A stretch of 64,000 nt of DNA from Blastocatellia bacterium (GTDB lineage: Bacteria > Acidobacteriota > Blastocatellia > HR10), in the NCBI GenBank assembly GCA_025055075.1, contig JANWYV010000022.1:3120-67119 (forward strand), read 5' to 3'. The position numbers were made by a program, and so were the translations under genes. Positions 59,164 through 64,000 of the stretch are shown here, piece after piece. Position 1 is the first letter of the stretch, and each line of letters starts with the position of its first letter. Under the pieces are notes generated by a model. That model saw only the letters and a list, made by a program, of their open reading frames with translations. It ran no database searches and was not told the origin of the DNA.

Positions 59164-59784
59164 ATGAAGCATCGCGTGCTCGCATGGGGAATGGCGATCG
59201 TTTTGCCGCTGGTCGTGTGGGCTCAGAACACGCCCAAGCTCAAGCCCGGGGACACAATCCCGGCTTCCGTCAAAGACGTGAAGATGCTCAGCGTCACGGG
59301 CCGTCAGCTCTCCATCGCAGATGTCAAAGGGCCGAAAGGGACGCTGGTGATCTTCTCCTGCAACTCCTGCCCGTGGGTCAAGGCCTGGGAGACGCGCATC
59401 GCGGAGGTCGGCAACTGGGCGCAGAAGCAAGGCATCGGCGTGATCATGATCAACCCGAACGATCCGGCGAAGAACCCCGAGGATAGTTACGAGGTGATGC
59501 AGCAACGGACGAAAGAGCGGGGCTTCGAGTTCCCTTACGTCGTGGACGCCACGAGCGATGTGGCGAGAGCTTTCGGGGCCACACATACGCCCGAATTCTT
59601 CCTCTTCGACGCGACGGGGAAGCTCGTTTACACCGGCGCGCTTGACGATAATGCGCGCAATCCCGAGGCCGTGAAGGAGCGGTACCTCCAAAATGCCATC
59701 GAGGCGCTCCTGGCCGGCAAACCTATCCCAGTCGCGCAGACCCGGAGCATCGGCTGCACGATCAAATTCCGCGAGAAGATCTGA
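59164..59784 (+). CDS. Secreted thioredoxin-fold protein (CxxC CNSCP)
   Basis: Signal peptide. IFSCNSCPWV active site. Redoxin-like C-terminal half. Confidence 0.7.
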   Translation: MKHRVLAWGMAIVLPLVVWAQNTPKLKPGDTIPASVKDVKMLSVTGRQLSIADVKGPKGTLVIFSCNSCPWVKAWETRIAEVGNWAQKQGIGVIMINPNDPAKNPEDSYEVMQQRTKERGFEFPYVVDATSDVARAFGATHTPEFFLFDATGKLVYTGALDDNARNPEAVKERYLQNAIEALLAGKPIPVAQTRSIGCTIKFREKI

Positions 59785-59941
59785 CGCAACCGTCAACGGG
59801 GCATTCGCACGAGGTCAAGCGGATTGGGGCTCGCTGAACAAGCGGGCCCCACTTTGAGGGATCCGTCTGCCCCGTTGATCTCGATCCGGGGAGAGGTGCG
59901 GATCTCTTGCGAGGGGGAAGCTCTCGGCGAGTGACCGTGAG

Positions 59942-60322
59942 CTATAAGTGCGCCTCGGAGGAAGAGCCCGGCTTCTCCTCCTCTCCCATTCTCGTGCGAA
60001 ATTGGCGAGCGCCCAGCTCATCCAGAAGGGTCCCTTCCCAAAACGGGACGCCGACGAAATACGCGACGCGGCCTATAACGTGCGCAGCGATCGGCGCCGT
60101 CAGAAGGATGAACGCCAACGTCGCCAATGCGCGCGCTGAGATGCCGAGATCCCCGTAGTGAATGGCCACGGCCAGGAGGATGAGCCCAGCTCCAAGTGAA
60201 CCGGCCTTCGACGTGGCGTGCATGCGCGTGAAGAGATCGGGCATGCGGATCAATCCCAGTGCCGCGATGAGCATGAAGGTCGCTCCGCATAGCATCATCA
60301 CCGCGACGATGTAGGCCCTCAT
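59942..60322 (-). CDS. mrpG: Monovalent cation/H+ antiporter subunit G
   Basis: MnhG/PhaG family (AALGLIRMPDLFTRMHATSKAGSLG). ATGA overlap with mrpF. Confidence 0.8.
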   Translation of the reverse strand: MRAYIVAVMMLCGATFMLIAALGLIRMPDLFTRMHATSKAGSLGAGLILLAVAIHYGDLGISARALATLAFILLTAPIAAHVIGRVAYFVGVPFWEGTLLDELGARQFRTRMGEEEKPGSSSEAHL

Positions 60323-60585
60323 GGCTGTCCTCGTTTTCGCACGTATTGGGCGAAGGCGATCGTGCCCAGAAAGGAGATAAGTGCCAGTAGGGTGGCGACA
60401 TCCAAAAATACCGGATTCTGCGCGGCGATGGCGTAGACAGCACTCAATCCGACGCAGAGGGTGGAGAGGAGATCGAGCGCGACGACTCGATCCGGCAGCG
60501 TCGGTCCGCGAAGCAAGCGCACGAAGGCCAGAAAGAGCGCCGCGACGAGTATTCCCAGAGCGAGCGAAGGTGCGGCGTCCATCAT
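60319..60585 (-). CDS. mrpF: Monovalent cation/H+ antiporter subunit F
   Basis: 88-aa, three-TM MnhF-like protein (LLRGPTLPDRVVALD). Confidence 0.8.
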   Translation of the reverse strand: MMDAAPSLALGILVAALFLAFVRLLRGPTLPDRVVALDLLSTLCVGLSAVYAIAAQNPVFLDVATLLALISFLGTIAFAQYVRKRGQP

Positions 60586-61058
60586 CGAAGCACCTCCATG
60601 ATCCGTCGTTCAAAGCCCTCTTTCACCCGGCGTCGCACGGCATCGGCATCGTCAATGTACATGACGTGGATATAGAGCGTGCGCCGGTCGGGAGAGACTT
60701 CCAGACTGAGCGTCCCTGGCGTCAACGTGATCAAGTTCGCCAGGAAAGTGATCCCCACATCGGTCCGCAGGTCGAGTGGGATGCCAACTACGCCAGGACG
60801 CATGTAGTGCGTCGGAGTGAGCACATCGTGAGCCACCCGCAGGCTGGAGAGGATCAGTTCCCAGAGGAAGAAGACGATGAGGCCGAGGACCTGCGGGACC
60901 TTGCGAAAATACGGCGGAGGGCTTCCCAAGACTCGATGTGTGAACAGCAGGATCCCATACCCGAGCAAAAAGCCCAACAGGAAATTGTCCGGTGCAAAAC
61001 GCCCCGTCAAGACGACCCACGCCAAGGCCAACAGCAGATTCCACAGCAGAAGCGTCAT
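60582..61058 (-). CDS. mrpE: Monovalent cation/H+ antiporter subunit E
   Basis: MnhE family. ATGA overlaps at both ends. Confidence 0.8.
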   Translation of the reverse strand: MTLLLWNLLLALAWVVLTGRFAPDNFLLGFLLGYGILLFTHRVLGSPPPYFRKVPQVLGLIVFFLWELILSSLRVAHDVLTPTHYMRPGVVGIPLDLRTDVGITFLANLITLTPGTLSLEVSPDRRTLYIHVMYIDDADAVRRRVKEGFERRIMEVLR

Positions 61059-62578
61059 GACCGACCCCGGAACATTGTGGAGATGTAGAGATCCGGATCT
61101 TGCAATTGTTCGGCTGCCGCTTCCGCCAGCGCGAGCACGAATTCGGCGCCCAAGCCGATCAGGATTGTCAGGAGCGCCAGTCCCGCGCTCGAGAGAATCC
61201 CCCAGCGGGCCGTCACAACGCCCGACGGCGCGAGCGGGGTGAGCGTCGAGGGAACTGGAGCGGGCGCCGACGATGCAGGCGGATCATCGGCTGCGGGTTT
61301 CCAAAAGGCCTCCGTCCAAATCTTCATCATCGAGAGAAGCGTCAGCAGACTCACTCCCAGGGCGACGGCGACGATGATCCAGCGACCCGCTTGTAGGCCA
61401 GCTTGGACCAAAAGCAGCTTCGCGAAGAAGCCCGAAAGCGGAGGGAGACCCGCCAGCGAGAGCGCTGGGATTAAGAAGAGTATTGCCAGGCTCGGATGCG
61501 TTCGATACAGCCCCCCGAGCCGGTTCAGGTCGAAGCTCCCCTGCACGGCGTGCGCGAGACCACTTGTGAGGAAGAGGTTCGTTTTGACGATGATGTGGTG
61601 GATGATGTAGAAGATCGAGCCCGCGAGTCCCGCCGTCGTGAGGAGTCCAAGCCCCATGATCATGTAGCCAATTTGGCTGATGATGTGGAAGGAAAGGATG
61701 CGCCGAAATTCGTTCTGAGCGAGGGCGCCCAGGACGCCAGTGAGCATCGTGAGACCGGAGACGATGAGAATCACCGCATGCCCCTGGTCGGGGAAGATCA
61801 GGGTGAACACGCGAAGCAAGGCATAGACACCCACCTTCGTGAGCAATCCGGCGAAGATGGCCGAGACGGCGACCGGGGGCGTGTGATACGAGGCCGGAAG
61901 CCAGAAGAAGAGAGGGAAGATGGCCGCCTTGATCCCAAAGGCCGTCAGCAACAAGAAGGCGATCGCCGTTTTCGCCCCTGAAGGTGGCAGAGGGCGAAGT
62001 CGCTGGGCGAGGTCGGCCATATTCAGCGTTCCCACGAGACCGTAGAGCAGTCCGACGGCCGTCAGAAAGAGCGCCGAGGCCATGAGATTGAGCGTCACAT
62101 ACTTGATCGCTCCTTCGAGCTGCGCTCGTTCGCCTCCGAGTGCGAGGAGGACGAACGATGCCATGAGCATGACCTCGAACCAAACGTAGAGGTTGAAGAG
62201 ATCGCCCGTCAGGAAGGCTCCGCACACGCCCATCAGGAGGATCTGCGAAAGGGGGTAATAGCCGAAGGTCTCACGGGCCGGATCCATGTGCGCGAGGGAG
62301 AAAAGAGCGACGGCCACGCCAATCGTCGCCGCCAGCACGACCATGATAGCGCTCAACAGATCAGCGATCAACGCAATGCCGAACGGTGCAGGCCAGTTGC
62401 CCACCCAGAGGACTTGAGGACCGTGCTGCCATACTCGCACCAAAAGGTTGATGGAAGCGACCAACAGAGCCACACTCCCGACGACGCCTAATCCCCGCTG
62501 CCACTGTCGCCCGCGCCAGGCAAGGAATCCCACAGTGGCTGTCGCGAGAGGGATGAGGATGGGGAGGATGAGCGCCAT
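61055..62578 (-). CDS. mrpD: Monovalent cation/H+ antiporter subunit D (NuoN/ND4-like)
   Basis: Proton-pumping NuoL/M/N-family membrane protein. Start chosen at ATG 62578, which has GAGGAGGG upstream. An alternative start at 62599 overlaps the mrpC stop. Confidence 0.85.
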   Translation of the reverse strand: MALILPILIPLATATVGFLAWRGRQWQRGLGVVGSVALLVASINLLVRVWQHGPQVLWVGNWPAPFGIALIADLLSAIMVVLAATIGVAVALFSLAHMDPARETFGYYPLSQILLMGVCGAFLTGDLFNLYVWFEVMLMASFVLLALGGERAQLEGAIKYVTLNLMASALFLTAVGLLYGLVGTLNMADLAQRLRPLPPSGAKTAIAFLLLTAFGIKAAIFPLFFWLPASYHTPPVAVSAIFAGLLTKVGVYALLRVFTLIFPDQGHAVILIVSGLTMLTGVLGALAQNEFRRILSFHIISQIGYMIMGLGLLTTAGLAGSIFYIIHHIIVKTNLFLTSGLAHAVQGSFDLNRLGGLYRTHPSLAILFLIPALSLAGLPPLSGFFAKLLLVQAGLQAGRWIIVAVALGVSLLTLLSMMKIWTEAFWKPAADDPPASSAPAPVPSTLTPLAPSGVVTARWGILSSAGLALLTILIGLGAEFVLALAEAAAEQLQDPDLYISTMFRGRS

Positions 62579-62595
62579 GAAGCATCCCTCCTCGC

Positions 62596-62943
62596 TCATG
62601 TATCCGTCGTCTTCAGGTCATCCAGGTCATCCGTGCCAACCGTTTGATACGCGCGATGAATGAGCGCCAGAGCGAAGGCGAGCACTCCGAAGCTGATGAC
62701 GATGGCCGTCAGGATGAGCGCCTGAGGGAGCGGATCCGCATATGGCGGAGGGACGCTCGATTCTCCCTCAGGGACGATTGGCGGCCGACCGCGAACCAAA
62801 CGTCCCATGGTGAAGATGAGCAAGTTGCTCCCGTTGGAGAGGAGTCCTAGGCCGATGATGAGCTTCACCACGCTGCGTCGCAGCATCATGTAGAGCCCGG
62901 TCGCGTATAAACTCCCAATGACCACAGCCAGAACGACTTCCAT
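62596..62943 (-). CDS. mrpC: Monovalent cation/H+ antiporter subunit C (NuoK-like)
   Basis: [23 protein letters not shown]...NLLIF NuoK/MnhC signature. GGAGGA is 6 nt upstream of ATG 62943. Confidence 0.85.
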   Translation of the reverse strand: MEVVLAVVIGSLYATGLYMMLRRSVVKLIIGLGLLSNGSNLLIFTMGRLVRGRPPIVPEGESSVPPPYADPLPQALILTAIVISFGVLAFALALIHRAYQTVGTDDLDDLKTTDT

Positions 62944-62945
62944 GC

Positions 62946-63419
62946 TCATTCCTCCATGAGCGTGAAGACGATCAAAAGGGTGACGCCGACGACGACCAAA
63001 TATACGCCGACGTCGAATAGCACTGGCGTTCCGAGTTCCAGACGATCCCACTTGATCCACCGGCCGGTGAGAAACGGCATTCCTTCCAATGGCCCCAGCA
63101 GACCACTGGCGAGGGCCGTCAGTAGGCCTGCGGCGATCAATCCCTTCGGAGGGAGCCGCAGCAAAGAGTGCGCTGCTGCTGCTCCCTGCGCGAGTGCGTA
63201 AAGCGCGATGGCCGCTGCTGCCACGAGTCCGCCCACAAATCCTCCCCCCGGCGCATGGTGCCCGCGAAAGAGCAAGAAGATCGAGAAGAGCAATAGCAGC
63301 GGCAGCAACAGCCGCACGGCCAGGTTGAGAATCAGCGATGGCCGCTCCCATTCCAACAGGCGAGGACGCGCTCGCTGTCGCGGTGTCTCAAGCTCGTCGT
63401 GCGTTCGCTCTTCTCTCAT
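62946..63419 (-). CDS. mrpB: Monovalent cation/H+ antiporter subunit B
   Basis: MnhB-family membrane protein. ATGA overlap with the upstream mrpA fragment. Confidence 0.8.
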   Translation of the reverse strand: MREERTHDELETPRQRARPRLLEWERPSLILNLAVRLLLPLLLLFSIFLLFRGHHAPGGGFVGGLVAAAAIALYALAQGAAAAHSLLRLPPKGLIAAGLLTALASGLLGPLEGMPFLTGRWIKWDRLELGTPVLFDVGVYLVVVGVTLLIVFTLMEE

Positions 63420-64000
63420 TGGCGATCCTCCAGACGCAAGCGGAGCAAAACATAGACCCCAATGCCAGCGAGAGCCAGCACGGTGATCTCCCCGAGCGTA
63501 TCCAGCGCGCGAAAGTCCACCAGGATCACGTTCACCACATTGCGACCGTGCGCCATGGGGACACTCTCGCGCGCGAAATATTCGGAGATGGTGGCCGGCG
63601 GCGGCATCCTCAGGATGGAGAGCACAAGCCCGCCCACCAAACTGCCGGCCAGCCCGCACATCAGGATGTCACGTACCCGCGCCCGTGGACTGGAGAGCGT
63701 CGCAAATCGCGGCAGGTAGTAAAAGACGAGAACAAAGAGGATGACCGTCAGGGATTCGATCATGAACTGCGTGAGCGCCAGATCGGGAGCGCCGAAGATC
63801 ATGTAGAACAGCGCGATCGTGTAGCCGACAACGCCGAGGGCAGCGATCGCCGCCAGTCGTGACGTGAAGCGCACGGCGGCCACGGCCGCGGCGACGATGA
63901 GTCCGGCGAGCGCGATCTCCACCACGCGCCCGCGTGAGAAGGCTTCAAAGGCGATCAGCCCTCTTTCCGCCAAAAGAGGGTATCCGGCCACGCCCACCGT
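63416..64000 (-). CDS. mrpA: Monovalent cation/H+ antiporter subunit A, C-terminal portion (5' end lies beyond the window)
   Basis: The reading frame is open to the window edge. It is the MrpA C-terminal MnhB-like domain, directly upstream of mrpB. Confidence 0.75.
   Translation of the reverse strand, partial: TVGVAGYPLLAERGLIAFEAFSRGRVVEIALAGLIVAAAVAAVRFTSRLAAIAALGVVGYTIALFYMIFGAPDLALTQFMIESLTVILFVLVFYYLPRFATLSSPRARVRDILMCGLAGSLVGGLVLSILRMPPPATISEYFARESVPMAHGRNVVNVILVDFRALDTLGEITVLALAGIGVYVLLRLRLEDRQ

Overview
High-GC (~63%) bacterial chromosomal window of 64 kb, densely coding, with no transposases, integrases or CRISPR arrays. The gene content suggests an Acidobacteria-like organism (TonB-dependent receptor with carboxypeptidase-regulatory N-terminus, many TPR and secreted proteins), but this is inference only. 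ORF calls below pick a start on the supplied track; the track translates GTG/TTG starts as M.

Housekeeping blocks: ispE, tRNA-Gln(TTG), prs, rplY/ctc, pth; rpsF, rpsR, rplI; a complete suf operon on the minus strand (Rrf2 regulator, sufB, sufC, sufD, sufS, sufU, DUF59/SufT); metG with tatD; rpe; bamD; valS; nadC; metF; tsaE; nnr; and an NtrY/NtrX-like two-component pair. A Mrp/Mnh Na+/H+ antiporter operon (mrpA' B C D E F G) runs off the 3' end of the window.

Less ordinary loci, in order of interest:
1. A translationally coupled minus-strand operon of glgC-like, a cyclic-2,3-diphosphoglycerate-synthetase-family P-loop protein, carbamate kinase and a transcarbamylase whose carbamoyl-phosphate and ornithine-loop motifs are non-canonical. 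No arginine deiminase is present.
2. A periplasmic redox operon: di-haem cytochrome c peroxidase, a Tat-exported metallophosphoesterase, and a SoxX-like monohaem cytochrome c.
3. A 1190-aa secreted metzincin (HEIGHFLGLDH) carrying one divergent and five tandem PPC domains, with a small secreted protein encoded immediately upstream.
4. Next to the protease, a run of uncharacterised membrane and secreted proteins: a GspG-like globular domain lacking a prepilin leader, a large TPR protein and a CAP/PR-1 domain protein.
5. An orphan larC (nickel-pincer cofactor nickel-insertion protein) coupled by ATGA to sirtuin cobB.
6. A standalone single-PASTA membrane protein next to an EEP-family phosphoesterase.
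7. Several exact palindromes in divergent promoter regions.
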